A DNA stretch of 64,000 bases from Macrostomum hystrix (GCA_950097015.1 CATNEN010000011.1:744001-808000); one strand, 5' to 3'. Shown: positions 1 through 14,900, numbered from the stretch's first letter. Notes: a model not told the origin generated them from the sequence alone. Translations and numbers: made by a program.

Positions 1-2578
1 GACTAGATGAATAAAGGTTATTTATTTTTAATGTTCATTTTTTCATCACAAAATTCTTGATACAAAAAATAATATTATTTTAGTAAATAAAGAAATAAAC
101 AAGAGTGATTTGGTAGAATTAGCAATGTCTTTATAGATAAGACAAATTAAAATATTTAACAGAAAGGGTCTCTGACAAAACAAATAGCTTGTTGTTTTTT
201 AGGCTTAAACTTAAGATAAAAGCTAAAGAAATATGTTTAATTCTTTATCTGTTTAACTTCTAAAATATGGATTTCTTATATCCTACCAATTAAAAGTTAC
301 ATTTCAAAGCATAGTAATACAACTTTATCATTAGCTAGCTAGATTGAAGTAATGGTCCTAGAATATAAAATTAATTTTTATTAAACTATAACAACAATTA
401 TAATGGTACATTAAACTTTACATTTCTAGTATATGTATTTAAAAGTGTTATATAATGGGCCTAGATATAATTATGATGTAGATTTAAATGTACTATATCC
501 ATTTTTAATTAGCCAACTACATTTTAAATGTAGTTGGCTAAATATGTTCATTTGCATTCTTAGTGGGAAGCATCAAGTAAAGTTAACAGCCTACTTCAGT
601 AATAGCCACTTTAGTAACAACCAGTTTAGTTTAAGTAACAAATGATCTGATAGGCCTAAGACCTGATCCTGTGATATTAGGCCTATCATATCAAAGTCAA
701 AAAGCAAAGGTGTCAAAAGTGGCTCAGCCCCATTCATGGGAGACCAAACACATTGGTGCAGTCTAGTTTAGACCCTAGATAGGCCTTACTCAGACCACCA
801 GACCAGACCCTTGGGTTGCAAATAAAATCAGAGCTTATAGACACTAAGAATTTTATACTCAGATGCTATATATAAAATACTAATACTGTCATAGATCAGA
901 ATCTAGACAATTTCTTGGAGAGTCTACTAGTGACATAATCAGACAAAAGGGAACAAAGGCTTAGTCCCCCCAGGATCAACAGGCTACTCACCCCAAACCA
1001 CCAGAAGTGGCAGCCAAGTGGCCCCAAACTCAACCACCAGTGGCAGCAAAGCAGATATATTTAAAATGTAAAATGTACACACACATACACATACAGGTAA
1101 ACAAAGACACAAAGACAGGATAATTGAAAGGAATAGATTGAAATCTAAGAAAACCCTACAACAACTTTGGTGGCATAATATTGAAATTAGGCCCCTACTT
1201 AGACATTATATTAAAATTACCCTAGTAAAAACTTTGGTGTCAAAAGTAGGATACTAAACATTAGCACTAGAATAAGTATTTAGGCCTAGGCCTATTACAT
1301 TGTAACTGTGGGTCATTATCCATATGGCCATAGCCATTTTACTATCACAAAAGTAAGAAATTCGGTAGTGCTGTTACTGAAGTGCCTTTTATTCGCGAGT
1401 TACAAGGCCCATTATATGCCAGGTGGTAGGCAGGTTAGTCCTATATTAAATTTATGTGCTAAAACATTAACACAACAGTTGACATAGCGACTACATTTTA
1501 ATAATTAGTTACAAAAATGACAAAGTGAGTAAGTAGGCCTACAAGTTGTGTAAATCAAGTCTGTTAGTTATGATTCAGAGTTAAAACTAAGTGGAGCAAC
1601 CTAACTACGTAACGACTAATGCGGTCCGCCAGCTAAGAAGATCAGATCAAGCCAAGTTTGATGCGTCGAGGCATGTCTATATAATCTTTTTTATGAAATA
1701 CCGATACTACATGAAAGGAACTTTTAGAGATAACACTGCAAAGCATATTCAGAAGTGCTCTGTAAATATTAGAGCACAACCTTTAAATCTGTTAACAGTC
1801 CATATAATTAACTATTTTGTAAGAAACGGAACAACCTAATTACTCGGATTTGAATAACATCGTGCATATACTATAGCAAATTTATTGTTATAGTTTAAGT
1901 ATTCGGCAGAGCTAAAGTTTTTTAACTTCAAAATATAACTCAAGCACTTATTTACACAATTGAGTAGCTCTATAGTACTATTTCTAGAATTTACTATTTG
2001 GCTTGGTTATAGACGCACAGTTTTATTTTTGCTCTAGATTATTATTTTCATCATGCGACGCTTACGATAAGCTTGAGAAGACACAATATAAATTAATAGT
2101 TTAGTTCTTGGTTATTCGCAAACCTACAAAATATTTTTTCTCAGCTTATAAACCATAGTCTAAACATAGTTTTTTTACTTTGTGCTGTTGATGTTAACAA
2201 GGACATTGAACTTATTTAATTCAGTTTTGTTTGAGTAGAAAACTTCAAGTAATGAGCTAGTTTTTTAATATAACATGCAAAATCAGGAAATATTTGTGTT
2301 GAATCGCAATGAACTATACTTTATTTTTTTTGTTCTGAAAAGAGAATTAGATGCACTTTCGTTTAATTAAAAGTTATGTCATTAAAGTTAACAACTAAGT
2401 AGTTGATCATTTTTAATTAAAATTCTCTTTCCACGGGTTATGAGCTATTCTGAAAACCCGTTCAACGCCCACTTTTCAGAGAGTGACACAGTCCAAATGA
2501 TATTTTATTCTTTGGTGTTAATTTAAAGCTAAGCAAGAGATCTATTTCTATCAGTGAAGCAGGTAAAAAAGCATAGCA

Positions 2579-3754
2579 ATGAAAGCTTCAAGTGAACGGG
2601 ACGCTACTATTGTATTCAATCTGGGTCTGGCTCCCACACTCACATGCGCCCGAGGTCCTGATGGTGAATCCCAGTATTGCAACGTCTGCGACGCCTGCCG
2701 GCTTCGCTACACAGTCGCGCACGTCGACGAATGGTTGGGACGTGCTGGCGACCTCTCCCGTCGTCGCTTCGTTGTTGGCCTGATGCGACGCGCTCACAGT
2801 CGGGATCTGCTGCGTCACCTGGGCAGCCTTCTGGCGCCCTGCGTGGCTAACAAGGACAGCACCTACGCCAGGAGTCGTGTGAAGCCGGCGCTGCCAACCG
2901 ACCGGCTGACCACCTCAAACAATCACGCCCTGCCGCCGTCGGGTTGGGAGCTGGTCCAGGCCGAAGTTTACGAATGGTTTCTGGCCAGCAGCTACTGGGT
3001 GAAGGCGAACTTCCTAATGCACATGCTCAGCATGTCTGATGCACACACTGTACGCGCCGCGCTGAACTATCTACGGAACGCTGAGCCGCTGGAGGATCAG
3101 GTTTAGTCGCCATGCTGACTATTCTCTTTGAGTAACTGATCTGTACATTAGACTAATTAGCTAACCTTCATACTTGCGCAGGTCATTACGGGAAAATTCG
3201 GCGACGAGTTCGAGTCTGGCTCGCAGCACGACACCGAATACAACGGCAGCTACCGCTCCGAGGACGATCCCAATGTTGAGCTCCTTCGCTCAGCTAGCAG
3301 AGCCTACTCAGAAATCCCGGACGACTTCTCGTTTGAAGAGCACTCTAATCATCCGGCTGAGGGCGGCGCTGACACGGAGGATGAAGCGGACCGTGACGAA
3401 CCTTCCGGTGTAAGCCTATCGGTCGCTCCACCAACGACTGTTCCTCCGCCGCCGCCACCACCGCGGCCGCCTCAACAACAGCCAACAGGCGAAAACGTAG
3501 AGAGCGCCTCAGTCGCAGCTGACACAGCGGAGCCAGCTGCTGTCAGCGCAGCTGAATCAGTCGCCAACGCAGTCGCCGCCGCCGCAGCCGAAGTCGGCGC
3601 CGACAGTCTACGCACCGAAGCTGCCGTGGAGTCGGCCGTGTCAGCGGTGACAGCGGTTGAAAAAGCAGCTGCCGCTGCTGCAGCTGCCAACGCTGCAAAA
3701 CAGCGACCGACAAAGAGTGCACCACCGCGACGGCTTCAGGACCGTCAGAAACAG

Positions 3755-3793
<39 letters not shown>

Positions 3794-6700
3794 GCACAGG
3801 TGAGGCCGTTCACTGCAGAGGCCGCTCTGAACTCCATGGTACTGACCGCTGCCGGAGACACAGCCTTCTCTGGCGCATCCGGCTACGTTGATTTTATTCG
3901 CCAATTGCCGGTGCACCTGTCAAAGTACATTGTGAACCTGCTGGACGACAAGTCGGCCAAGCAGGCGGCCGCCGTTAGCACCTATTGGAGCAATGTAGTG
4001 GACGAGGTGTCCAAGGAGTCTGGCATGAATTTGCAGATTAAGGAGGAGGTCATGTTGCTGCAGGTGAGTTTGCAGGGGATGAAGGTTCGACTGCAACACT
4101 TTTCTGAATGTACGAGCTAAAACTTCATTTGGAAACTTATGCTTAATAATGTTTTTTCTTTCTTTTATTTTTCTCGTACTAATTCATATTTCTGCTTGGT
4201 GGAATTTTCAGTTAAAGGTGAGCAGTACACACACATATGTGTTTCTCCAAGAAGTATTGCAAATATATGAATACCGAACGTAAAGTAATTTGCTTGATAT
4301 GCATGCTACTATGTTTTATAGTCAATTTATAAGTAGCATGCTGGCTTCATAAGATACACAAAAGTAATATACTCTTAGTTGAAATTGCAATCTAGTTGTC
4401 CCTGTCTTGAAGGACTAATTTAACAAAAAAATTCCTACACCTATTTTATTTCAGATTATAAACTAACCTGCTTACGTAAGAAGTTCATAATCTCACTAAA
4501 GGAAGATATTTCTATGCGTGTCTCGAGATCATTAAAAAGAGTATATTTTATCAATTAGCTTCTTTATAAACTTAGATTTTAGCTTGACTGTGTCATAAGT
4601 TGTTGTCACATTTTCTGTCGGTGATTAAAGTTTTTGCTTTCTATCACACTGTCTATCACACTGTCTATCACACTGTCTATCACACTGTCTATCACACTGT
4701 CTATCATACTGTCTATCACACTGTCTATCACACTGTCTATCACACTGTCTATCACACTGTCTATCACACTGTATATCACACTGTCTATCACAATGTCTAT
4801 CACACTGTCTATCACACTGTCTATCACACTGTCTATCACACTGTCTATCACACTGTCTAACACACTGTATATCACACTGTCTATCACAATGTCTATCACA
4901 CTGTCTATCACAATGTCTATCACACTGTCTATCACAATGTCTATCACACTGTCTATCACAATGTCTATCACACTGTCTATCACACTGTCTATCACACTGT
5001 CTATCACACTGTTTATCACACTGTCTATCACACTGTCTATCACACTGTCTATCACACTGTCTATCACACTGTCTATCATACTGTCTATCACACTGTCTAT
5101 CACACTGTCTATCACACTGTCTATCACACTGCCTATCACACTGTCTATCACAATGTCTATCACACTGTCTATCACACTGTCTAACACACTGTCTAACACA
5201 CTGTCTATCACACTGTTTATCACACTGTCTATCACACTGTCTATCACACTGTCTATCATGCGTGAATTCATTAACTTTAAACTTGCTTTTCAAAGCCTTG
5301 TAATTAGTTACACAAAGCTTCAAACTGTTTTACTATGAATTATTTTCTTTGAATCAATCAAGACATCTACATTTAGAAGTGAATATTAGTTTAAAAGAAA
5401 CCAAGAAATTTAAAAAAGCTACGAATAATTCGAGAAACAATGAGAAAACTACAACCTAGTGAACCTAGCAATGCTCCAAGTCAACTTGCCACACTGATAA
5501 ACCACTGATACGTAGAGAGACAGGTGGAGGGACAGGTAGAGACACTGGTTGGGAGGCCTTGAGACAAGCTGAGATTGTTAATTTACCTTGGATAAGAGAG
5601 CTGTTAATAATATAGCTATTTAATTCCATATAGAATGACAAACCACCCTAGAGGATAATTATCCCAACTGAAAACACGCAGGGCACTCTTGCCAACACGG
5701 TGAATCCGCGCTACGCCAGCGATCTGGACGTTCCGGTGCCGAATCAGGAGCGCGGCACGCACAAGGTGCGCCTGACCGGCGAGCCCCTGACAGACCAGCG
5801 AGATTCCAATGGTCACCTGTTCAAAAACGAGTGCAACTTCCAGGCCGGCTACCGGGGCGTCAGCACTCGAAATGTCATCATGGAGGAGAGAAATGTGTAC
5901 TGCGGACCCTACAATGTGCTGGTGCTGTTTAGCGAGTACGATTCACAATGTGCTTATGCATTTTATTGAAGATAAACGTCACCCCCGTCTAACCAACTCT
6001 CTTCCCGTCTATCCAACTCTCTCCCCGTCTATCCAACTCTCTCCCCGTCTATCCAACTCTCTCCCTGTCTATCCAACTCTCTTCCCGTCTATCCAACTCT
6101 CTCCCTGTCTATCCAACTCTCTCCCCGTCTATCCAACTCTCTCCCCGTCTATCCAACTCTCTCCCCGTCTATCCAACTCTCTCCCCGTCTATCCAACTCT
6201 CTCCCCGTCTATCCAACTCTCTCCCCGTCTATCCAACTCTCTCCCCGTCTATCCAACTCTCTCCCTGTCTATCCAACTCTCTTCCCGTCTATCCAACTCT
6301 CTCCCTGTCTATCCAACTCTCTCCCCGTCTATCCAACTCTCTCCCCGTCTATCCAACTCTCTCCCTGTCTATCCAACTCTCTCCCCGTCTATCCAACTCT
6401 CTCCCCGTCTATCCAACTCTCTCCCTGTCTATCCAACTCTCTTCCCGTCTATCCAACTCTCTCCCTGTCTATCCAACTCTCTCCCCGTCTATCCAACTCT
6501 CTCCCCGTCTATCCAACTCTCTCCCCGTCTATCCAACTCTCTCCCCGTCTATCCAACTCTCTCCCCGTCTATCCAACTCTCTTCCTGTCTATCCAACTCT
6601 CTCCCCGTCTATCCAACTCTCTTCCCGTCTATCCAACTCTCTCCCCGTCTATCCAACTCTCTCCCCGTCTATCCAACTCTCTCCCCGTCTATCCAACTCT

Positions 6701-9700
6701 CTCCCCGTCTATCCAACTCTCTCCCCGTCTATCCAACTCTCTCCCCGTCTATCCAACTCTCTCTCCGTCTATCCAACTCTCTCCCCGTCTATCCAACTCT
6801 CTCCCCGTCTATCCAACTCTCTCCCCGTCTATCCAACTCTCTCCCCGTCTATCCAACTCTCTCCCCGTCTATCCAACTCTATCCCCGTCTATCCAACTCT
6901 CTCCCCGTCTATCCAACTCTCTCCCCGTCTATCCAACTCTCTCCCCGTCTATCCAACTCTCTCCCCGTCTATCCAACTCTCTCCCTGTCTATCCAACTCT
7001 CTTCCCGTCTATCCAACTCTCTCCCCGTCTATCCAACTCTCTCCCCGTCTATCCAACTCTCTCCCTGTCTATCCAACTCTCTTCCCGTCTATCCAACTCT
7101 CTCCCCGTCTATCCAACTCTCTCCCCGTCTATCCAACTCTCTCCCCGTCTATCCAACTCTATCCCCGTCTATCCAACTCTCTCCCCGTCTATCCAACTCT
7201 CTCCCCGTCTATCCAACTCTCTCCCCGTCTATCCAACTCTCTCCCCGTCTATCCAACTCTCTCCCCGTCTATCCAACCCTCTCCACATCTATCCAACGCT
7301 CTCCACACCACTGACTTGCAACCCGCAGTGAGGATCCGCAGAGGGTGACCCACTACTCCGGCGGAAACCTGCTGGCCTACAGCGACAACAATCGGAAGAT
7401 TCACTTCGCCGACATTCGCACCGGAGCTCCGGCCGTCAACGCGCCGTCGTTGCGCGGCCACGCCGGTCCCGTCCGCTGCCTGCTGCTCTGCGAAGCCCGC
7501 GGCTTCCTCCTCTCAGGCAGCTACGACACCAGCCTGCGCCGATGGGACATTGCTACGGGAAAGTGCTCGAAAATCTACAGAGGACACATGGGCACAGTCA
7601 TGTCTGTGGACATCTATCTAAACACCATTGTTAGCGGCGGAGCTGACGGCTGTGCTAAAGGTAGTGTTCAGTGTATTCTATCATAGAAAAATGCTGATAA
7701 CACTACTTATAGTTGAGATTTCGGCATTTAGCAATTATATGAAATGGTCGCTTAATTAAAAAAGATGACTTTTAAAAAATGTTTTTTTAGTTTGGAATCT
7801 GGAAGACTGGAAAGCGGTTCGCACGCTGAAGCACAAGACAGCCGTGTCAGCTGTGGCTATTAATGAGAACACCGCTGTCACTGGCGACTCTAAGGGCAAG
7901 GTTAAAGTCTGGGATCTGGTTAACGGCTCTCTCATTAAGGTAAATTAACTAACTCGGCTTGCTGTACGTCTCTGTATCTCTGTAGAGAGATGTACGTCTT
8001 CTTTACACTAAGGCCTCCCAAACTGTCCCTTTAGATTTATCATTATCTGTCTCTCTTCTTGTTTAATTATCAGTCTTTACATCTCTCTACCTGTGTCTAA
8101 AAATTCCTCTAAATCAGCCTTTATACCTGTCTCTATACCTGTCTCTATACCTGTCTCTATACCTGTCTCTATACCTGTCTCTATACCTGTCTCTCTATAC
8201 CTGTCTCTATACCTGTCTCTATACCTGTCTCTATACCTGTCTCTATACCTGTCTCTATATCAGCCTTTATGCCTGTCTTTATACCTGTCTCTATACCTGT
8301 CTCTATACCTGTCTCTATACCTGTCTCTATACCTGTCTCTATATCAGCCTTTATGCCTGTCTTTATACCTGTCTCTATACCTGTCTCTATACCTGTCTCT
8401 ATAGCTGCCTCTATATCAGCCTTAACACCTGTCTTTATACCTGTCTCTATACCTGTCTCTATACCTGTCTCTATACCTGTCTCTATACCAGCCTTTATAC
8501 CTGTCTCTATATCAGCCTTTATACCTGTCTCTATACCTGTCTCTATAGCTGCCTCTATATCAGCCTTAACACCTGTCTTTATACCTGTCTCTATACCTGT
8601 CTCTATACCTGTCTCTATATCAGCCTTTATGCCTGTCTTTATACCTGTCTCTATACCTGTCTCTATACCTGTCTCTATACCTGTCTCTATACCTGTCTCT
8701 ATACCTGTCTCTATACCTGTCTCTATAGCTGCCTCTATATCAGCCTTTATACCTGTCTTCATACCTGTCTCTATATCAGCCTTTATAATTGTCTTTATAC
8801 CTGTCTCTCTATACCTGTCTCTATATCCGCCTTTATACCTGTCTTCATACCTGTCTCTATATCAGCCTTTATAATTGTCTTTATACCTGTCTCTCTATAC
8901 CTGTCTCTCTATACCTGTCTCTCTATACCTGTCTCTATATCAGCCTTTATACCTGTCTCAATACCTGTACCTATAACAGTATTTTTGTTTTTCAAAATAA
9001 TTTTTTTTAGTTTTTTCCTAAAACGACATGTATCACTTGATCTCCAAAGAAGACGCGAACCTAAACTGAAATTTTTTAATGTAAACAAAATTTCATAACT
9101 ACAACAATCAATCTTGCACATTATAGAAACTCATCGGCCACACAGCTGAAGTCACATCCATCAAATGCGACCATTGGCACGTGCTCACCTGCTCAAAAGA
9201 CTGCTACGCATTGCTGTGGAGCGCCGTAGGAAATCACGCACAATGCCTGGGAGCTCTCAGGCACCCAAAGTGAGTTCTCGTCAGTTTTAATTTGATACTT
9301 AATCATTGTGTCAACAGAAATCTTCAGGCCTTACTCTCTCCTTTCATTTCTAACTCACCTTACCTACGCATCGCTATACTTCTTTAACGCAAGCACTCTG
9401 TCACTCACCAATTCACTCTAACTGTCACTCACCAATTCACTCTAACTGTCACTCACCAATTCACTCTAACTGTCACTCAGCCAATTCACTCTAACTGTCA
9501 CTCAGCCAATTCACTCTAACTGTCACTCACCAATTCACTCTAGCTGTCACTCACCAATTCACTCTAACTGTCACTCACCAATTCACTCTAACTGTCACTC
9601 AGCCAATTCACTCTAACTGTCACTCACCAATTCACTCTAGCTGTCACTCAGCCAATTCACTCTAGCTGTCACTCAGCCAATTCACTCTAGCTGTCACTCA

Positions 9701-11951
9701 GCCAATTCACTCTAGCTGTCACTCAGCCAATTCACTCTAGCTGTCACTCACCAATTCACTCTAGCTGTCACTCACCAATTCACTCTAACTGTCACTCACC
9801 AATTCACTCTAACTGTCACTCACCAATTCACTCTAGCTGTCACTCAGCCAATTCACTCTAGCTGTCACTCAGCCAATTCACTCTAGCTGTCACTCACCAA
9901 TTCACTCTAGCTGTCACTCACCAATTCACTCTAGCTGTCACTCAGCCACTCCGCCGCCCTCGCACCGCAGGCCGATTCTATGCGCCGAGTTTCAATTCAT
10001 GCGCGCAATCACAGCCTCGGAGGATGGCCGCCTGAGAATTTGGAATGTGGTCAGCCGCAACTGTTGCCGCATTATGCGCGGAAACAGTCGTTCTGATCCC
10101 ATTCTCAATATTAGCGCAGTCGGACAGAGGTGAGGGGATTTTACTGTTTAAAAAAATCCCATTTCAGATTTTTGCTGTGAGGTTTGGAAGCATTCTTTGA
10201 AAAATCTACGCACAAAAGTTTGCTTTTTCAAAACGGTTAAACATTTCTTTTACAAAGAATGAAGAAAAAACTAATAAAACTCTAATTTTTCAACAATCTC
10301 TGCCAATTCAGTATTCAATCTACTAAAGCTAAAGTACAATTGACAGGGTCTTTCATTGTTCCATCGCCGAGGTGCCTGGATTGTGGCTTGCCATTGTGCA
10401 GACGCATTGAAGAAAAAATACGGAGGAAAAATAGGAGCAAAGGTTCTGTAATATGATTAGCAGGTTAGCAGTAGCAGTTGAAGCCGTGTGAAATATTTCC
10501 GTCCAACTAGCCAGGGCTTCAACTGCTCAGCCCTTCCCATCAATTTCTTGTTCTGCTCGAATTGCGAATCAGTCGGGCAGGTGAGCTTGTTCATATACTC
10601 ATGCCTGCGGTTGACAAAAATCTGTTTTCTTTTTGTGCTTGTGGGACAAAGAGTCGATTGCCAAAGCTTGCTCACAGAGGGAAAACATCTTATTCCGGAA
10701 AATGATTGCCATAGTGGGCAAGAACAGGATTTCAATATCAGACTTTGTTTGTTTTCAGCTGCGCTCCTGTTTTCTAATTCAATTTCGGCTATTCCTATTG
10801 ACATTGGCACGTCTGGAGTGTAAAATTAAATAGACAGGGCATGCTGGGATGCTAGGATGCACTTTTACTTGTTCTTCCGGTAAAGTGCATTGCCTACTTG
10901 TCTCTCTCTGGTCGCGTGATGATTTTCAGATAGTGTCTTAAGCGTAGATTGCTAGTCTAACAGGTAGATTCTTGTCAAACACGTAGATTCTTGTCAAACA
11001 CGTAGATTATAGTCTAACATGTAGATGCTAGTCTAACAGGTAGATGCTAGTCTAACAGGTAGATGCTAGTCTAACAGGTAGATGCTAGTCTAACAGGTAG
11101 ATGCTAGTCTAACACTTAGATTCAAGTCTAACAGGTAGATGCTAGTCTAACAGCTAGTCTAACAGCTAGTCTAACAGCTAGTCTAACAGCTACTCTAACA
11201 GCTAGTCTAACAGCTACTCTAACAGCTAGTCTAACAGCTAGTCTAACAGCTAGTCTAACAGCTACTCTAACAGCTACTCTAACAGCTAGTCTAACAGCTA
11301 GTCTAACAGCTACTCTAACAGCTAGTCTAACAGCTACTCTAACAGCTAGTCTAACAGCTACTCGAACAGCTACTATAATAGCTAAAATATGCACGGAATA
11401 AGTGGTGAATTGTTTAAATTGGGCTTCTGAATTTCGACGGGCCAGCAAAGTAAAACTTTTAGTAGGACAATCTCACTTGAGCCTAAAAACTATGTATAAT
11501 ATACAGTGTTCAGTGTTCAGACATCTATCTTATTAGAGTCGGCCAAAAGCAAAACTCCGAATAGCTCAATATAGGAAAACTAATAGAGAAAAAGATACGC
11601 TAAGAAAGCTTAACTCGGTGGGGCGTGCTGGCTTGTATTAGCCAACACAGCCGAGGTTTAAGGTAATATTTGTGGCTGAGATTTTAGCCCTCTCTTTTGG
11701 GTGTCGGGGCACAGGGTGAGTCCCGTGGGTCACGCCTGGTTTGGCATAGGCCTGTTTTGTGAGGCTTGGGCCGCAGGAACTCGCACCGACTCACACTATC
11801 AACTGAGCACAAGCTGCGGGGTGCCTACCTACACAAAGGCTTCTTCTTTTGGGTTATAGAGGAACTCAACTGAGTTGGGGCCTCTTTGATGACTTAGTAT
11901 CCCGGGTGGGATTTCGGAGCGATGAGGATGTGGATGAAGAATGGCTGCTGC

Positions 11952-11987
<36 letters not shown>

Positions 11988-14900
11988 TGCTGCTGCTGCT
12001 TATGATGATGATGGCTACTATATTGTACTTTAGCATTGTTAAAGCTAACTCAATCGCATTCTCAAAGCTGTACATCTGCGTGTGAACTGCGTGCCTATGT
12101 GCCGTAAATGTGTGAATTGGTCTGCTCAAGATTGAGAATAAAAATGAAAGTACATTTTGGACTGTAAACTAATTATGCTATCTCTTATTTATTTAAGATC
12201 CTCACGCAGCATAATATCAATATGCTAAAGCGATATTTCATTTATTATACGACATTTACCGTCCACCGAGATCCGCTAAATCTCGATTTCAAATCCCTAC
12301 TGGTCCCGTTCTCATCTGTTCCTTGATCCCCATCTGACCTCTGATCCCCATCTGATCCCTGATCCCCATCTGATCCTTGATCCCCATCGGATCCATGATC
12401 CCATCTGATCCTTGATCCCCCACCTGATCCCTGATCCCCCACCTAATCCATGATCCTCACCTGATCCCTGATCCCCCACCTGATCCCTGATCCCCCACCT
12501 AATCCATGATCCTCACCTGATCCCTGATCCCCACCTGATCCATGATCCTCACCTGATCCCTGATCCCCAGCTGATCCTTGATCTCCATTTGATCCCTGAT
12601 CCCCATTTGATCCCTGATCCCCATTTGATCCTTGATCCCCATCTGATCCTTGATCCCCCACCTGATTCATGAGCCTCACCTGATCCCTGATCCCGATCTG
12701 ATCCCTGATCTCCATCTGATCCACGTTCCCCATCTGATCCCTAATCCCCATCTGATCCCTGATCTCCATCTGATCCCTGATCCCCATCTGATCCCTGATC
12801 TCCATCTGATCCCTGATCCCCATTTGATCCCTGATCCCCATTTGATCCTTGATCCCCATCTGACCCCTGATCCCCATCTGATCCCTGATCTCCATCTGAT
12901 CCTTGATCCCCATCGGATCCATGATCCCATCTGATCCTTGATCCCCCACCTGATCCCTGATCCCCCACCTAATCCATGATCCTCACCTGATCCCTGATCC
13001 CCACCTGATCCATGATCCTCACCTGATCCCTGATCCCCAGCTGATCCTTGATCCCCACCTGATCCATGATCCCATCTGATCCTTGATCCTTACCTGATCC
13101 ATGATCCCCACCAGTTCCCTGATCCCCATTTGATCCATGTTCTCATCTGATCCATGATCCCCATCTCATCCATGATCCCCATCTGATCCATGAAAAGTAT
13201 CTGTAGCAATAAGTTTTTAACAAATAGAAATCAATTATAGATGAATGAGGCCACTTTTATACAGCTAGATTTAGCTGCCCTTGGCAACCAAAACATGGTC
13301 AATTTGAGTTCGCAACCGCATGTCAAGCATGAGTCCCTAACTGATGAGGAATGTGGCTTCTATGGGATCTGTTTCAGCGATGATGAGGCTTCGTCTAAGG
13401 TTATCGGAAAATGCCCTCAGAGATCAATGCTGTCAGTCGCAACAGAAAGGAGAAGGATGACGAATAAAACACACGGAATTTCCTACAAGGAGGCGAACCG
13501 TTTTTGACAATTTTTTTGGATTTCGTTGATATAGGCTAGGTGAGGGCCATTATCTTCACCAATAGCTCAGGGGCTTCTCAGAAAATTACTGCGAGGGAGA
13601 TTGATAACAGTGGGAATTATTGGGACTTAGTGTGGGAAAACGGCTACACGTGGGATTATTAGTTATTATCCTCAGGATTAGCAATTTGCCGCTTTTTAAA
13701 ACGCAGGAAGATTTTAGATTGAAAACATTGATCGATGTTAATTTCCTAAGTTGCTTTAGAAAACGAATTTGAGGTAATAATAAAGGCTTTCAGCAGGAAG
13801 AAGCGGAAATTGTTCTGCTAATTGCTGCTGCTGCCGCTCCTGCTGATTTTTATAGGGCCAGGTCGAGAGTTTAGGGAGAAAATTGGGGACCCGTTCCGCT
13901 CTTCAGTGAAGTAAGGCTGAGGCTGGGTGATCTTGACTGATCTGGTTGAGGCGATCATAGAAAACACACACGCCCACACACTCAGACTGTGCTGTCGAGG
14001 CGGTGTAAAGTTTCAGTGTTAGCGGCTAATTTCAACTCGGGGCCAGCACTTCAGACCTTTCATGTTCTGTTCCTCATTCCCTCCCTAGCACTGTGAGTGC
14101 TGGTTTGGTGCTAGTCGTTTTCTAAGCAGTCAGGACTCTGAGTGTTCACAATATTTGAACGACCTTCTCATAAGCCCCAAGCCAAAAGCGCATGTTACTT
14201 TACTGCGATGGCCGAATTAGAGACTTTTTCGAATATTATTTACCTGTTAAATTACTAGTTTACTTGTTACATGTTACTAATTACTCATTTATATTATTAA
14301 AGTACACAGAAAACGTATACCTACCCCCGCCAAAATTTCTCTCCGTCAGGATTCTTGTCAACACCAAAACGAACGTCCTGGCGCTGACCTTCGAAGAGGT
14401 GAACTGGGACTACAGCCTGGAGACGGACAGCATGCCGCCGCTCATTCGCTACAGCTCCTTTCGTGACGCCCCGGTCCGTTGGCAACCACATGGCTACGTC
14501 CGCGCCCAGCGCCTTCAGTTGGCCGGCGCTGCCGACTCGCGCATCGTCTGGCGTCACGAGACTCGCGGACGAGGCGTTGGCCAGCCGGACATGACTGACG
14601 GAAGCGTCTCGGCTGCGGGAATGCGGCAACTGCCACTGAGCCTGGCTGGCGTCACCGGCGAAGCTAGTGGCGAGGGCACCGGTGTTGGAATCTCCTCGGG
14701 GCTGTTCGAGTCCAGAGTGCCGCAGCCGAGGCACCGGCGCCAGGACCGATCAGCCAAGCGTCGGCAGCAGCTCGAAGACGCGGTCACTGCGGCTGCCCAA
14801 GAGGCCGCCGCCAAATCGTCGAAGCCACCGCAGCCGCCGACTTCGAAATCGGCCGGTGGCGTCGCTCGCAGTCTAGTCGACCAGGGCGTCGGTGAGCGCC

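Noticed and set aside
4600-8874. Long ORFs of 190-500 aa (4606-5271, 4625-5323, 4634-5338, 5809-7314, 8181-8762, 8269-8874)
   Set aside because: They are translations of 12-bp and 20-bp intronic minisatellites, open in several frames and on both strands, inside introns of a well-supported gene.
13341-13370. CTGATGAG hammerhead-like word (also at about 23053)
   Set aside because: No stem II followed by GAAA and no stem I/III pairing could be formed.
13241-13507. 88-aa + strand ORF in FBXW10 intron 7
   Set aside because: Not needed for the phase-consistent gene model and no recognisable motif.
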